Shown here in pieces: positions 29,125-40,654 of a stretch of 64,000 nt of DNA. The stretch lies in the NCBI GenBank assembly GCA_947478395.1, contig CANJVR010000002.1:320001-384000 (forward strand), given 5' to 3'. This DNA comes from Opitutia bacterium. Its GTDB lineage: Bacteria; Verrucomicrobiota; Verrucomicrobiia; Opitutales; Opitutaceae. How positions within the stretch are numbered: the stretch's first letter is position 1; each line of letters begins with the position of its first letter. A model generated the notes under the pieces. The model was not told where the DNA came from. It saw only the letters and a program-made list of their open reading frames with translations, and ran no database searches. A program made the translations under genes and the position numbers.

Positions 29125-30108
29125 ATGTCCGTCGCCGTTGTCGCTTGGCCCGATTCGCTTATTGGCACGCCGGGGATAGCCGTGATCGAACAGGCCATAG
29201 CTCGCGGCCGGCTTTCGCATAGTCTGCTTCTGCACGGCGACGACCTCGGGACGCTCGTCGGCGTGGCTCACGCGATCGCGGATCGCCTGCTGAACACGCC
29301 GGAATCATTCGCGCACTTCGCGGTCAAGGAGCATCCCGACTATTTGCCGCTGCGCCCGAAAGGGAAAATGCGGATCATCCCGATCGGCAAGGCCGATTCG
29401 CCCGAGCCAGGTACCATGCGGGAATTTCTGCCGAAGCTCTACGTGACCGCGGCCGTCGCGCGCCGGAAAGTTGCCATCATCTACGAAGCGGACCGGATGA
29501 ATCACGAATCGGCCAACGCGTTTCTCAAGACCCTCGAGGAGCCGCCCGCGCACACCATGCTCCTGTTGCTGACGACGCGACCCTACGCGTTGCTACCGAC
29601 CATCCGGAGCCGCGTGCTGCATTTCCGTTTTCCTTCGGCCGCCGAGCCCGTCTCGGTTGATGGCTGGACGGCGTGGATCGAAGATTACCGCGCTTGGCTA
29701 GCGCGCCTGGGTGAAAGCACGACCGACAAACGTGCGGTCGCAGATCACGTTTTCACGATCTACGGTTTGGTCGCTCGATTTGCCGCGGTCCTGGATTTCG
29801 CGACGGCTGAAATCTGGAAACAGCAAAAGGAAAAACTTCCGGCGGATATCAAGGACGACGAAATTGACGCGATCGAAACCGGCATCGCCAACGGTATTAG
29901 GCTGCGTCTCTTCGCCGAGATCGAAGCCGCGACGCGCAATCATGCCCTGCCTCGCGTCATCGCGGGCGACCTCGCGTCGGGCCGCGCGTTGACCGCCAGT
30001 GTCGATATCCTCGAACACACCGTAGGCTTGCTGCGGCTGAATTTGAATGAATCCGCTGCGCTGGAAAATTTTTTGCTGAGTGCGCTCCGAATCTGGACGC
30101 GACGCTAG
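29125..30108 (+). CDS. holB: DNA polymerase III subunit delta'
   Basis: HPD, EADRMN..SANAFLKTLEEPP, LLPTIRSR; follows tmk. Confidence 0.9.
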   Translation: MSVAVVAWPDSLIGTPGIAVIEQAIARGRLSHSLLLHGDDLGTLVGVAHAIADRLLNTPESFAHFAVKEHPDYLPLRPKGKMRIIPIGKADSPEPGTMREFLPKLYVTAAVARRKVAIIYEADRMNHESANAFLKTLEEPPAHTMLLLLTTRPYALLPTIRSRVLHFRFPSAAEPVSVDGWTAWIEDYRAWLARLGESTTDKRAVADHVFTIYGLVARFAAVLDFATAEIWKQQKEKLPADIKDDEIDAIETGIANGIRLRLFAEIEAATRNHALPRVIAGDLASGRALTASVDILEHTVGLLRLNLNESAALENFLLSALRIWTRR

Positions 30109-30184
30109 GAGCGTGGCCGAACAACTCTCGGCCCGGAGGTCAGCGCGGTCCTTCTGATTGCCGGTGCGAACGCCGCCGAGGGCG

Positions 30185-30943
30185 CTACACCAACCGCACG
30201 AACGCCTCGCGCGTTTCCATGTGCGGGTTGTGGCCCGAATGCGGGATAATCTCCAGGCGCGCGTTCGGGAAATAGCCCGTCACTGCGCCCCAGTCTCCCG
30301 GCTCGACGTAGTGCGACTTTCCGCCCGCGATCAACTGCGTCGAGCCGTCGAAGCGATCCGCGGGCCCGAGTGGATTTTTTTCCAAGGCGGGAAGCGCCGC
30401 GGTCAACGCGGGAAGATTGACGATCCAGCGCCAGGCTCCGGAGGGAGTTTGCTCAAGATTGGTCGCGAGAAATTTTCGCATCGCCCAGTCGTCCACCCGC
30501 GCCTCGAACCGCAGCTCGGCTTCGGCCCGTGACTGCAGGCTGCCCAGATCGAGTTCGTTCATCGCGGCAAACTCGGCCCGGTGCGCGAGCCAGAAATAGT
30601 CTTTCGGGGCCGTGTCGACGATGATCAACCGCTCCACCCGCTCGGGGTGGCGCGAGGCCAATAGCATCGCCACCTTTCCGCCCATGCTGTGCCCCATCAG
30701 CGTCACGCGGGGCAGCTGTTGCGCATTCAGCCATTCCACGACGTCGTTCATCATCGCCGCGTAGCTCATGTCGGCTGCGTGGGGCGAACCGCCGTGATTC
30801 CGCAGATCGAGCGCAAAAACATGAAACCTCGCGGAGAGATCGCGTCCCGCCGTCTGCCAGTTGCGCGACGAGCCCAGCAGCCCGTGCAGAATGACGAGCG
30901 GCGGCTGGCCCGTACCACCCAGATCGCGATGTGAAAGCACCAT
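30185..30943 (-). CDS. Alpha/beta hydrolase (YbfF-like esterase)
   Basis: HGLLGSSRNW, DLRNHGGS, GHSMGGK. Confidence 0.9.
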   Translation of the reverse strand: MVLSHRDLGGTGQPPLVILHGLLGSSRNWQTAGRDLSARFHVFALDLRNHGGSPHAADMSYAAMMNDVVEWLNAQQLPRVTLMGHSMGGKVAMLLASRHPERVERLIIVDTAPKDYFWLAHRAEFAAMNELDLGSLQSRAEAELRFEARVDDWAMRKFLATNLEQTPSGAWRWIVNLPALTAALPALEKNPLGPADRFDGSTQLIAGGKSHYVEPGDWGAVTGYFPNARLEIIPHSGHNPHMETREAFVRLV

Positions 30944-31069
30944 TCAAAAAAGGTGGGGGTGGCGAGCCGCGTGGAGCGAGTAGAAATCCCTTTTTCCGGC
31001 TAAGGCCTTTCGGGTAAATTTCCTCCTCGCTACCCGCCAATCACTCCTCGCACCTTTTCGCTGCCGAAC

Positions 31070-33649
31070 ATGTCCGCACCCGCCGAAACCACCAAGCTGA
31101 CGCCGATGATGCAGCAGTACTTCGAGGTGAAACGCGGTCTCGCGCCTGATACCCTGCTGCTGTTTCGCCTCGGGGATTTTTACGAAATGTTCTTCGACGA
31201 CGCCGTGGTCGCGTCGCGCCTGCTGGGTCTCACGCTGACCAAGCGCCAGGAAACGCCGATGGCCGGCCTGCCGTTTCACGCCGCCGACAACTACATCGGC
31301 AAACTCCTCGCGGCCGGGAAAAAAGTCGCCATCTGCGATCAGGCCGAACCGGCCAAGGCCGGGAAACTTGTCCGACGTCAGCTCACGCGCATCCTCTCGC
31401 CCGGCACCACGCTTGCGGCCAGCCAGCTCGACGCCGCCCGCAATCACTACCTGTGCGCCGTGGTTTTTGATCAAGCCGGCCTGCACGCCGCGTGGCTCGA
31501 TCTTTCCACGGGCGAATTCAAACTGGCGACCGACATCCGCATCGCCGATCTGCTGCCGGTCCTGACGGCCCTCGATCCCGCGGAACTCCTCGTCGTCGAA
31601 GGCGCCCTCGCCCACTGGCAGTCCGCACCGCACGATCAAACTGCGACCCACGCGCTGCACGCGTTTGCGGCCGCGCGCATCGTCACCGAGCAGCCCGCCT
31701 ACCAGTTTGAAACCGCCACGGGCGCGAAGACCGTGATGGACACGCTCGGGGTCATCAACCTGCAAGGCTTCGGTCTCGCGCATTCCCACCCTGCCCTCGG
31801 CCCGGCGGGCGCGCTCGTTTACTACGCGACCGAAAATCTTTGCGCGAAGCCGGAAAATCTCCGCGGCCTGCAGGAATACCGCAGCGCCCGCACGCTCCTC
31901 CTCGACCCGGCGACGCTGCGCAACCTGGAGATTTTCTCGTCGAGTCACGGCGCCCGCGAAGGCTCCCTGCTTAACGCCGTCAACCGCACCGCGACGTCGG
32001 CCGGCGCACGTCTGTTGGAGCGATGGCTCGCGGCTCCGACGCTGGATTTGCCCGTGGTTCTGCGGCGGCAGGCGCTGGTTGGGGAGCTCCTCGCCCAGCC
32101 GACTCCCCTTTCGGCCTTGCGCGAATTGCTCGCTCACGTCCGCGATATTCCACGCATTCTGGGCCGGCTGCAAAATCGGCTGCGCAATCCACGCGAACTC
32201 GGCGGCATCCGCGACACCCTCGCGCAAATCCCCGCGCTCCACGAAGCCCTCATCGGCTTCGGTTCCAGCCTTCAACTTTCAACGTTCGTGCTTCAGCTGC
32301 AGGAGTTGCCGGCGCTCCGCCAGCTCTTGCAATCGGCTCTGGCCGACGAATTGCCCAACGATCTGGCCGACGGAAATTTTATTCGCGCCGGTCATGATGC
32401 CGAGTTGGACCGCCTGCGGTCGTTGACCACCGAAAATAAAACGTGGCTCTCCGCGCTCGAACGCTCCGAGCAGGAACGCACCTCGATTCGTAGTTTAAAA
32501 ATCCGCTTCACGAATAATTTTGGCTATTACATTGAGGTCACCAAGGCCAACCTGCACCTCGTTCCGGCCGACTACATCCGCCGGCAGACGACGGTCGGGG
32601 GCGAGCGCTACGTCACCGATTCGCTCAAGCAAAAGGAAAAGGAAATCCTCCACGCCGAGGAAAATGCTCTCGCCCGCGAACATGAACTTTTCGCCCAGTT
32701 GGTGGCGGCGGTGTTGGATGAGTCGGTGGCGTTAGCTCAGACCGCGGATGCGCTCGCGGAGCTGGATGTGCTCGCCGGTTGGGCGTTGCTCGCGCGCGAG
32801 TGGAACTACTGCCGGCCGATCCTGGACGAAGAGGACGTCCTTGAAATCATCGAAGGTCGCCATCCGGTCGTGGAGCAAATGTTGAAATCCCCGGACGCGA
32901 CCCGGGCCCGCGGCGTCAGCCAGGCCTTCGTGCCCAACGACACGTTGCTCGCCTGTGACGATGCTCAACTCGCGCTGATCACCGGGCCCAACATGGCGGG
33001 CAAGTCGACCTACATCCGCCAGGTCGCACTGATCGCGCTGCTCGCTCAGATCGGGTGCTGGGTGCCGGCAAAATCCTGCCGCGTCGGGCTCGTCGATCGA
33101 ATCTTTTCGCGGGTCGGGGCGAGCGACGACCTCGCCCGCGGTAACTCCACCTTCATGGTCGAGATGAACGAGACCGCGAACATTCTCAACAACGCCACGG
33201 CCCGTTCCCTGATCATCCTCGATGAAATCGGCCGCGGCACCTCGACCTACGATGGCCTCAGCATCGCTTGGGCAGTGGTCGAACATCTGCACCGCGAGCC
33301 CGACCGCGGGCCGCGTACGCTTTTCGCGACGCATTACCAGGAGCTGACTCAGCTCGAAAAACATTTGCCGCGTCTCCGCAATTTCTCCGTGGCGGTGAAA
33401 GAATGGAACGATGAAATCGTTTTCGTGCGCCGGGTTATCCCGGGTGCGGCGGATCGAAGCTACGGGATTCAAGTCGCCCGGCTCGCCGGTCTGCCCCTGA
33501 GCGTGATCGATCGAGCGAAGACCATCCTCGCGAAACTCGAGAGCGATGACACCGCGGTGACACTGCCGGCTGCCGCCACGCCGCAGGCGAAGCCGAAAAA
33601 GAAGATCTCCGTGGCGCCGGCCGACGATTCGCAGCTGAGTCTGCTGTAA
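31070..33649 (+). CDS. mutS: DNA mismatch repair protein MutS
   Basis: TPMMQQY, GDFYEMF, TGPNMAGKSTY, STFMVEM, DEIGRGTST, SYGIQVA. Confidence 0.98.
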   Translation: MSAPAETTKLTPMMQQYFEVKRGLAPDTLLLFRLGDFYEMFFDDAVVASRLLGLTLTKRQETPMAGLPFHAADNYIGKLLAAGKKVAICDQAEPAKAGKLVRRQLTRILSPGTTLAASQLDAARNHYLCAVVFDQAGLHAAWLDLSTGEFKLATDIRIADLLPVLTALDPAELLVVEGALAHWQSAPHDQTATHALHAFAAARIVTEQPAYQFETATGAKTVMDTLGVINLQGFGLAHSHPALGPAGALVYYATENLCAKPENLRGLQEYRSARTLLLDPATLRNLEIFSSSHGAREGSLLNAVNRTATSAGARLLERWLAAPTLDLPVVLRRQALVGELLAQPTPLSALRELLAHVRDIPRILGRLQNRLRNPRELGGIRDTLAQIPALHEALIGFGSSLQLSTFVLQLQELPALRQLLQSALADELPNDLADGNFIRAGHDAELDRLRSLTTENKTWLSALERSEQERTSIRSLKIRFTNNFGYYIEVTKANLHLVPADYIRRQTTVGGERYVTDSLKQKEKEILHAEENALAREHELFAQLVAAVLDESVALAQTADALAELDVLAGWALLAREWNYCRPILDEEDVLEIIEGRHPVVEQMLKSPDATRARGVSQAFVPNDTLLACDDAQLALITGPNMAGKSTYIRQVALIALLAQIGCWVPAKSCRVGLVDRIFSRVGASDDLARGNSTFMVEMNETANILNNATARSLIILDEIGRGTSTYDGLSIAWAVVEHLHREPDRGPRTLFATHYQELTQLEKHLPRLRNFSVAVKEWNDEIVFVRRVIPGAADRSYGIQVARLAGLPLSVIDRAKTILAKLESDDTAVTLPAAATPQAKPKKKISVAPADDSQLSLL

Positions 33650-33775
33650 CAAGAATCAAGGCTTGGCGCCGGTCTGCATAACCGAAGCGAGCCGGCCTTC
33701 TCAGATCGCCCCCTTGGGCTCTTCGGATTGGCGCTTAGCCCGGGTCCTACGCCAACCGCCGGCGGCCGCCCCGCG

Positions 33776-34819
33776 CTACTTTGGGGAACTTCCGCGCATT
33801 AACGCCCACAGCTGTTTTGCCTGGGTGATGGTTTTCTTCAATACCTCCGGCGTGAGCGCCTGCTTCGGGTCGTCGCCGATGCCCTTGTTGGGCTCGACGT
33901 GCGCTTCAATGCAAAGGCCGTCCGCGCCGTACGCGACCGCCGCGAGTGCAGCGGACGGCACGTAAACTGCCTTGCCCACCGAGTGGGACGGATCGACGAC
34001 CACGGGCGCCCAGGTTTTTTCCTTAAGCAGCGGCGTAATACTTTCGTCCGGATGATTCCGGTAGCCATCGAGCGTCGGCGTGGTGCCGCGTGGGCAAAGG
34101 ATGACATTGGGGTTGCCGAACGCGGCGATATATTCCGCGGCGGAGATGAACTCGCTCAACGGACCCATGTGAATGCTGCGTTTTAGGAGCACGGCGGCCG
34201 GGCGCTTGTCGATGGCGCGGCCGATGGCGCGAAGCAGTGAATAGTTGAGCGCGTTGCGGGCGCCGACTTGCAACGTGGTGACCCCCGCGTCGAGCGCGAG
34301 TTTGATGTGCGCTTCCTCCATGACCTCCGTGTCGACGGGAAGACCGGTGCGGCGGGAAGCTTCCATCAGGATGTCGAGTGACTTGGTGTCACCCTGGAAA
34401 GAATAGGGATTTGTCCGCGGCTTCCAGACTCCGCCGCGCAAGGCGTGAGCGCCCGCTTCTTTCACGGCTTGGGCCGTTTCATAAAACAAATTCGGGTTTT
34501 TCGGATCGATCGTGCAGGCGCCTGCGATCACGAAAAGCTGCTCGCCGAGCGTCACGCCGCCGATGGTGATGCGATGAGACGAGAGGTCGGACCGCTTGTC
34601 CATGAGCTTGAAAGGCGACTGGATCCGATCGATCCGTTCGACGTAGTCCAAGCCCTCAAGCCGGTTGATCATGAGCTCGTCGCGCTCGTCGCCGACGATG
34701 GCATAGATCGTTCGGACCGCGCCCACGATGGGTTGAATCGTGCAGCCGAATTCCGCGACGATCGCGGTCACGGTGGCGAGCTGGTCGGGGGTGAGACGAT
34801 TCGTTTTCGGCAGGATCAT
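33776..34819 (-). CDS. aroF: DAHP synthase type I-beta with N-terminal regulatory domain
   Basis: IAGAC, RGGVWKPRTNPYSFQG, QVGARN, VDPSH. Confidence 0.85.
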   Translation of the reverse strand: MILPKTNRLTPDQLATVTAIVAEFGCTIQPIVGAVRTIYAIVGDERDELMINRLEGLDYVERIDRIQSPFKLMDKRSDLSSHRITIGGVTLGEQLFVIAGACTIDPKNPNLFYETAQAVKEAGAHALRGGVWKPRTNPYSFQGDTKSLDILMEASRRTGLPVDTEVMEEAHIKLALDAGVTTLQVGARNALNYSLLRAIGRAIDKRPAAVLLKRSIHMGPLSEFISAAEYIAAFGNPNVILCPRGTTPTLDGYRNHPDESITPLLKEKTWAPVVVDPSHSVGKAVYVPSAALAAVAYGADGLCIEAHVEPNKGIGDDPKQALTPEVLKKTITQAKQLWALMRGSSPK

Positions 34820-34941
34820 GGCAGAGGGAGGGAAACGCTGCGGGTTTCCCACGGATGCGTCCATCCTGTTTCGAGGGAGCGCAAAGGCTGCAGCCCGCGT
34901 TCTAGGCGGACGATGCGCGCTGCTGCCACGGCGAACCGCGA

Positions 34942-35703
34942 TCAGCGGTCGCGCGTGAATTCGGGCGGCATCTCGGCGCGCGTGGCGAACTCGTAGGTGC
35001 GATCGCGCCAGTCGTAGCTGAAGCTCGTCTCGTATGAGTGCAGGCAAAGCCGTTTCACGCCGCTCGCCTTGGCGAAAGCCCGGTTACGGCCGAAATCGCC
35101 GTAGGTTTGATCGCCGACGATCGACAGGTGGCGTTTCGCGCATTGCACCCGCAACTGGTGACTGCGGCCTGTGACCGGCTCGAGTTTGATCAAGCTCAGT
35201 TTGGGATCGCCGCGACCGAGGCGTACGACGCTCATTTTCGTTTCCGAGGGGGAACTTCCGGCTTGGACGACGGTGCGAATACGACCGGCGCGTTTTTCCA
35301 CCGCGAGCATGTCCCGCCAGAGTTCCGTCGTCTTAGCCGGTCCGCCGAACACGAGGGCGGCGTAAATCTTTTTCACCTGTTTCCGGCGAAACTGCGCGCG
35401 CACTTCGATGGCGAGCTCCTCGTTGCCGGCCGCGAGAATCACCCCTGACGTGGCGGCGTCGAGCCGGTTGAGCAGCCATAGCCGCCGCTGCGTTCCATCG
35501 CCTCCGAGCCATTGAAAATATTCGCCCTCGAAAACATAGGGCACGGTCAAAAGCGCGCGGGGCTCCTCGCCGGGCTCGTTGGGATGGGACAGGACGCCCG
35601 CGGGCTTCGCGAAGGACGCGAGCCCATTGGGATCGTGTTTAATCAGCTCAACTCCTCTACCCAGCGGCAGTGTAGTCCAAAAATCGGGGGAAGGGCCGCT
35701 CAT
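34942..35703 (-). CDS. RluA-family RNA pseudouridine synthase
   Basis: KPAGVLSHP, NRLDAATSG, TGRSHQLRV, IVGD..YG. Confidence 0.9.
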   Translation of the reverse strand: MSGPSPDFWTTLPLGRGVELIKHDPNGLASFAKPAGVLSHPNEPGEEPRALLTVPYVFEGEYFQWLGGDGTQRRLWLLNRLDAATSGVILAAGNEELAIEVRAQFRRKQVKKIYAALVFGGPAKTTELWRDMLAVEKRAGRIRTVVQAGSSPSETKMSVVRLGRGDPKLSLIKLEPVTGRSHQLRVQCAKRHLSIVGDQTYGDFGRNRAFAKASGVKRLCLHSYETSFSYDWRDRTYEFATRAEMPPEFTRDR

Positions 35704-36821
35704 TGATAGAAAAAGGTGAAAGTCATCTCCTGCGAAGTGCCGAGCATGGCGACCATGTCGTCCGACCATTTGCCGTACGGAGAACGCGCGATGATTGCAC
35801 TGACGCACGATTCCTTACCCTGCTCGCTCGAACTGTTTTTCACATCCAGGATTTTCGTGATCGTGCCCTCGGAATCCATGCGGAACGTGACCGTCACCTT
35901 GGTGCCCGATGGCGGGTAGAGTGAACTTTGAATCAAGATGCGGTCCCATTGGATCTGCACGGTTTCGATCATGCGTTGGAGATAAACGCCGTAATTGCTC
36001 CAGCGTGCGTCCACCGCGGTCGGACCGATATTCATCGTCCCGACTTTATTGTCCGAAAAAATACCCGGCCGCACGTTTTGCTTGGCGAGCACGGGGCGCG
36101 GTTGCGGATTATTGCGATCCACTTTCGGGACGTTCACGGTGGCCTCACTCTGGTTGAGTGGCGCGTCTTTCTGGCCCTCGACTTTCTCCGGTGCAGTCGT
36201 CGCGCCGTTGTCAAATTTAGCGATGTTGGTGCCGACACTGTTCGCCTCGTCCCCGATTTTCTTCTCAAAGCCGGCGAGCGGAATCTGCTCCAATTTCGGT
36301 GTGGCCTGCTTTTCCTCCTGGGGGGCAGTTTCTGCGGGCGGAGTCATCGGGACGGCTTCCTGCGGTTTGATGAGCTCCCCGGTCACGATCTGGGTCGATT
36401 GGATATCTTTCTGCCCCTCGAGCGCGGGCATGTCATTCTTGCCGTTCGGGGTCGGCTTCTCCTGCGCGACCTGCTGGTTCATGAAGCTGAAATTATTCGT
36501 CTTATCCGGAACGTTGTCGGGCGCGTCGGGGTTGGCTTCGACAAACTTGTTCGGCGGCGGAGTCTTCTCGGCCTCGGCCTTTTTCGCCTCCTCGTCCGGC
36601 GGGGCATATTCAATCGTAAACGGCGTGGGTTCCGGTGTCTTCGGATTCCGCCCCGCGTCGAGCTTCAGCAGGTAAGGCGCTAGTATCAATACGAGCAGAT
36701 GCAGGAAAACGGTGCCGAGTACGCCGATCTGAATCGCGCGCTTTTCGGAATCGCTCGAAAAAGCCAGCTTCGAGCGGCGGCGGGGTTTGGCCTCCGGAGG
36801 CGGGGTTAAAGTTTGATTCAT
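35700..36821 (-). CDS. TonB/TolA C-terminal-like membrane-anchored protein
   Basis: Single TM with His, Pro/Glu-rich linker, C-terminal Y..RM...VQ..W...G.KVTVTF domain. Confidence 0.6.
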   Translation of the reverse strand: MNQTLTPPPEAKPRRRSKLAFSSDSEKRAIQIGVLGTVFLHLLVLILAPYLLKLDAGRNPKTPEPTPFTIEYAPPDEEAKKAEAEKTPPPNKFVEANPDAPDNVPDKTNNFSFMNQQVAQEKPTPNGKNDMPALEGQKDIQSTQIVTGELIKPQEAVPMTPPAETAPQEEKQATPKLEQIPLAGFEKKIGDEANSVGTNIAKFDNGATTAPEKVEGQKDAPLNQSEATVNVPKVDRNNPQPRPVLAKQNVRPGIFSDNKVGTMNIGPTAVDARWSNYGVYLQRMIETVQIQWDRILIQSSLYPPSGTKVTVTFRMDSEGTITKILDVKNSSSEQGKESCVSAIIARSPYGKWSDDMVAMLGTSQEMTFTFFYQ

Positions 36822-36852
36822 GAACGGCAGGAGGCTTCGAAGTTGGACTGAC

Positions 36853-37431
36853 TTAGCCCAGCAGACCGCACCGCGTCAAAATTTGTTTCGTTGTTTCAAG
36901 TGGCAGGCCGACAATGTTCGAAAGCGACCCGCGGTAACCGGCGACAATCAAATCGCTGTGCTCCTGAATTCCGTAGCCGCCGGCCTTGTCCAGCGTGTTC
37001 ACCAATGAGAGATATTTTTCGATCACGTCGTCACCGATGGCCTTGAACGTCACTTCGGTCGCTGCGCTGTCCTCCCAGCGCAGCTGGTCGGTGCTCCGGC
37101 GCAGGGCCAGGCCGGTGAAGACGGTGTGCGTGCGACCGCTCAGCTGGCGCAGCATGGATCGCGCTTCCGCGCCGTCGCGGGGTTTGTTGAGCGCCACGCC
37201 GTCGATGAACACCGTGGTGTCGGCTCCGAGGACGATCGCGTCGGGGTGCCGCGCGGCGACCCAATCGGCTTTCAGGGCGGCGTTGTGCGCGACCATCACG
37301 CGAGGATCGGTTGTTGGATCCTCGTGTTCGATGACGTCGGCCACGACCACGTCGAACGCCACCTTTAATTCCGCCAGCAATTCCCGGCGTCGGGGCGAGG
37401 CCGAAGCGAGGATCAAACGCGAAGTACTCAC
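36853..37431 (-). CDS. maf: Maf-family nucleoside triphosphate pyrophosphatase
   Basis: LILASASPRRRELL, GADT, DKAGGYGIQ, NIVGLP. Confidence 0.95.
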   Translation of the reverse strand: MSTSRLILASASPRRRELLAELKVAFDVVVADVIEHEDPTTDPRVMVAHNAALKADWVAARHPDAIVLGADTTVFIDGVALNKPRDGAEARSMLRQLSGRTHTVFTGLALRRSTDQLRWEDSAATEVTFKAIGDDVIEKYLSLVNTLDKAGGYGIQEHSDLIVAGYRGSLSNIVGLPLETTKQILTRCGLLG

Positions 37432-38735
37432 TGCTTTTCCAGCAGGATGTCGCGCACGTCGCCTTTGGCGCGGCTGAGTTCAACCCGGCTGAGGTTGTAT
37501 TGGAAGACCGCGTCGTTCAGCCCATCGCTCGCCACGGCCAGCCGGTTTTGGGCCTCGATCACCTCGCGATTATCGGCGGCTCCATTGTCCAGCCGGCTCT
37601 TAGCGAGCCGAACTTCCTTTTCCGCCAGCGCCAGGCTTTTTTCCGCCACGGTAATCTGCGCAAAGCGCGATCCAGCGTCCTGCTGGGCGAGTCGTAATTC
37701 GGCTGAAATCTGTAATTCGAGACCGCGCAGCCGGGCCTCTTGAGCGCGCTGACGCGACAACGCAATCCGTTGATCCGAGGTGCTGCGCAGCCCGTCGAAG
37801 AGCGGCATGGTGATCGTGGCACCGGCCGTCCATGCCTGCTTACTGTCATTGTTGAAGGCGTCCGCCGCAGCATAGCCGTATTCTCCGCTCAGGCCGAGGA
37901 TCGGCAGGCGTTCGAACTTCGCTGTCCTCAGGTCGAGCTTGGCCTGTTCCACGGCTTTCTGGGCGCGAAGCCAGTCTGAACGCCGGGCAAAACTCGACTG
38001 CTCCAGTCCCAACGAGTAATCGCCGCTGGTGGACCGTCGCACCAGAAAATCCGTCACCACGATGGGCTCAGCCGGTTTCAGATCGAGCAGGCGTTGGAGC
38101 TGCAACGCGCTCTGATAAACCACGGTGTCCTGTTGCAAGCGGGCCTGCTGCGCGAGCGCCAGCTGGGACTCGGCCCGGGTCACATCGATCTGCGTCGCGA
38201 TTCCCGCGTTGAGTTGGTTCTGGGCAAGATCGAAAAGCGCTTTTGCGCGCGCCACATTGGCATCCAGCACCGCGATGCGCCGGACGTCGTGCAACTGGGC
38301 AAAATAAAACTGGGCCACAGTGCTGAGGATGCTCTGGAGGGTCGCCTGGTAATCGGCCTCCGCGACGGCCACGCCCGCCCGGGCGGCGCGATAGGCCGAG
38401 ATCTGCTGCGGATTTAGCAGGGAAAGACTGCCCGTCAGTTTCCCGTCAAATCGATTTGAAGCGGGCGTCTGCGTCAGGAGGCCCGTGGTCGACACTCCGA
38501 CGCCTTCCGTGCGGCGCTGTTGCGCGTTGAGGCCGATGTTGGGCAGTAGTCCGACTCTTTGCTGATTCGCGAATGCGAGCGCCTGAATCGTCGCCTCGCG
38601 ACTCAACAGCACATTGATGTTTACCGCCTCGACCGATCGCAGTGCCTGCTCGAGCGTGAGGTCGGCCGCGGCCCGGGAGTAGATCGAAGCCGCGAGGGAT
38701 ACAGCGGCCAATAAGGTAAACTTAAGCGATGACAT
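37428..38735 (-). CDS. TolC-family outer membrane efflux protein
   Basis: Signal peptide, LTLEQAL, two OEP repeats, ITMPLFDG. Confidence 0.9.
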   Translation of the reverse strand: MSSLKFTLLAAVSLAASIYSRAAADLTLEQALRSVEAVNINVLLSREATIQALAFANQQRVGLLPNIGLNAQQRRTEGVGVSTTGLLTQTPASNRFDGKLTGSLSLLNPQQISAYRAARAGVAVAEADYQATLQSILSTVAQFYFAQLHDVRRIAVLDANVARAKALFDLAQNQLNAGIATQIDVTRAESQLALAQQARLQQDTVVYQSALQLQRLLDLKPAEPIVVTDFLVRRSTSGDYSLGLEQSSFARRSDWLRAQKAVEQAKLDLRTAKFERLPILGLSGEYGYAAADAFNNDSKQAWTAGATITMPLFDGLRSTSDQRIALSRQRAQEARLRGLELQISAELRLAQQDAGSRFAQITVAEKSLALAEKEVRLAKSRLDNGAADNREVIEAQNRLAVASDGLNDAVFQYNLSRVELSRAKGDVRDILLEKQ

Positions 38736-38837
38736 GCGGATGGCCCCAGCAAACCCCGCGCGGCCGGTCCGGCGCAAGCCTTGCGAGTTGTCAGCGTCAA
38801 AAAACGTCTTCACGTTGCCCATTTCCACCGGAAACCC

Positions 38838-40481
38838 ATGCGTCTCGGACTAGCCCAGCTCAATCCCACCGTCGGCGATCTACCGGGCAACCGGCGTAAA
38901 ATCCTCGAGGCTTACGCGAAGCTAGTGGAACAAGGCGCCGAGCTGGTGGTGTTTCCGGAGTTAGCGGTCTGCGGCTATCCGCCCCGCGATCTGCTTTTAA
39001 AGCGGCACTTCGTGCCCGATGTCGTGGCTTCGCTCGCGCAGATCGTCGCAAATATCGGCGAGGTGCCAGCCGTGATCGGCACGGTCGAGGCCAACGCGCT
39101 CACGACGGGCCGACCGTTCTTCAATGCCGCCGCGTTTTGCCATCGTGGACGCGTCGTGGCGATGGCGCATAAATGCCTGCTGCCAACCTACGATGTGTTC
39201 GACGAAGATCGTTATTTTGAGCCGGCCGCCTCGCCTCTGGTTGTCGAACACGCCGGCAAGCGCATCGGCATCACCCTCTGCGAGGACATTTGGACGCATC
39301 CGATGCTGGGGACGCGCCGCCTTTACCACGGCCTCGATCCCGTGGCGCAACTGGTCGCGCAAAAATGCGATCTGATGGTCAACCTGTCCGCGAGTCCGTG
39401 GCACCACGGCAAGGGCGACGTTCGCCAGCGCCTCGTAACCGATGCGGCGTCTGCGTTGCGCTGCCCGGTCGCGTACGTCAACGCGGTCGGCGGCAACGAT
39501 GAATTGATCTTCGACGGCCGCAGTCTCGTGGCCGATTCCGCGGGTCGGGTCATCGCCGGCCTGGCGGCGTTTCGGGAGGATATTAGCGTCGTGGAGACTA
39601 GCGCCGTGGTCCCGCAAATCGCGCCCGGATTTCAACAGGACGATTTGCCCGACATCTACGCGGCGCTGGTGCTCGGCTTGCGCGACTATGCGGAGAAAAG
39701 CGGTTTCAAACGCGCGCTGGTCGCTCTGTCGGGTGGCATCGATTCGGCGTTGGTCGCAGTGGTCGCCGCGGAAGCGTTCGGCGCCGGGAATGTCACCGGC
39801 GTTTCCCTGCCGTCGAGCATCTCATCGCAACATTCACGCGACGATGCCCGGATCCTAGCCGAAAATCTCGGAATACACTTTGAAACCATCGCGATTGCGG
39901 GAGCCGTCACCGCCGCGGAGGCCGCGCTGGGCCCGGTGTTCTCCGGCCGTCCGCGGGATGTAGCGGAAGAAAATATCCAGGCCCGCGTTCGCGGCGTTCT
40001 GATGATGGGACTTTCGAATAAATTCGGCGCGCTGCTTTTGACGACGGGCAACAAGAGCGAAATGGCCGTCGGCTATTGTACGCTTTACGGTGACATGTGC
40101 GGCGGGCTCGCCGTGATCAGTGACGTTTTCAAGATGCAGGTCTACGCTCTGTCGCGCTGGATCAATCGGGAGCGCGAGATCATCCCGGCCAACACGATCG
40201 AGAAACCGCCGTCGGCCGAACTTCGGCCGGGCCAGGTCGACCAGGACAGCCTGCCGCCCTATGATCAACTGGACGCGATCTTGAAAGGCTACGTCGAACA
40301 AGGACTTTCGCGCGGCGATCTCGTCGCGCAGGGTTTCGCGCCGGCGGTCGTCAATGACATCGCCCGCAAAGTGGACCTCAACGAGTACAAGCGAAAACAG
40401 GCCGCGCCCGGTCTAAAGATCACGCCGCTGGCATTCGGCGTCGGCCGGCGGATTCCGATCGTGCAGAAATACGTGAGCTGA
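38838..40481 (+). CDS. nadE: Glutamine-dependent NAD+ synthetase
   Basis: Nitrilase domain (FPEL, CEDIW), SGGIDS, ENIQAR, TGNKSE, PPSAEL. Confidence 0.95.
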   Translation: MRLGLAQLNPTVGDLPGNRRKILEAYAKLVEQGAELVVFPELAVCGYPPRDLLLKRHFVPDVVASLAQIVANIGEVPAVIGTVEANALTTGRPFFNAAAFCHRGRVVAMAHKCLLPTYDVFDEDRYFEPAASPLVVEHAGKRIGITLCEDIWTHPMLGTRRLYHGLDPVAQLVAQKCDLMVNLSASPWHHGKGDVRQRLVTDAASALRCPVAYVNAVGGNDELIFDGRSLVADSAGRVIAGLAAFREDISVVETSAVVPQIAPGFQQDDLPDIYAALVLGLRDYAEKSGFKRALVALSGGIDSALVAVVAAEAFGAGNVTGVSLPSSISSQHSRDDARILAENLGIHFETIAIAGAVTAAEAALGPVFSGRPRDVAEENIQARVRGVLMMGLSNKFGALLLTTGNKSEMAVGYCTLYGDMCGGLAVISDVFKMQVYALSRWINREREIIPANTIEKPPSAELRPGQVDQDSLPPYDQLDAILKGYVEQGLSRGDLVAQGFAPAVVNDIARKVDLNEYKRKQAAPGLKITPLAFGVGRRIPIVQKYVS

Positions 40482-40654
40482 GTGCAGGCCTGCATGAATT
40501 AACCGGCGCCCTTGGCCGAACTCGTCTCGATACTATATTAAAGGATCTCGCGCAGGATCGCAGCGCGGGCCGCTTGGGCCCGCCCAGCGCCGGCGAATTT
40601 TGCGGTTTCCGCATCGACCCGCCCGACATTTGGAATCACAACGATCGCGTCGCT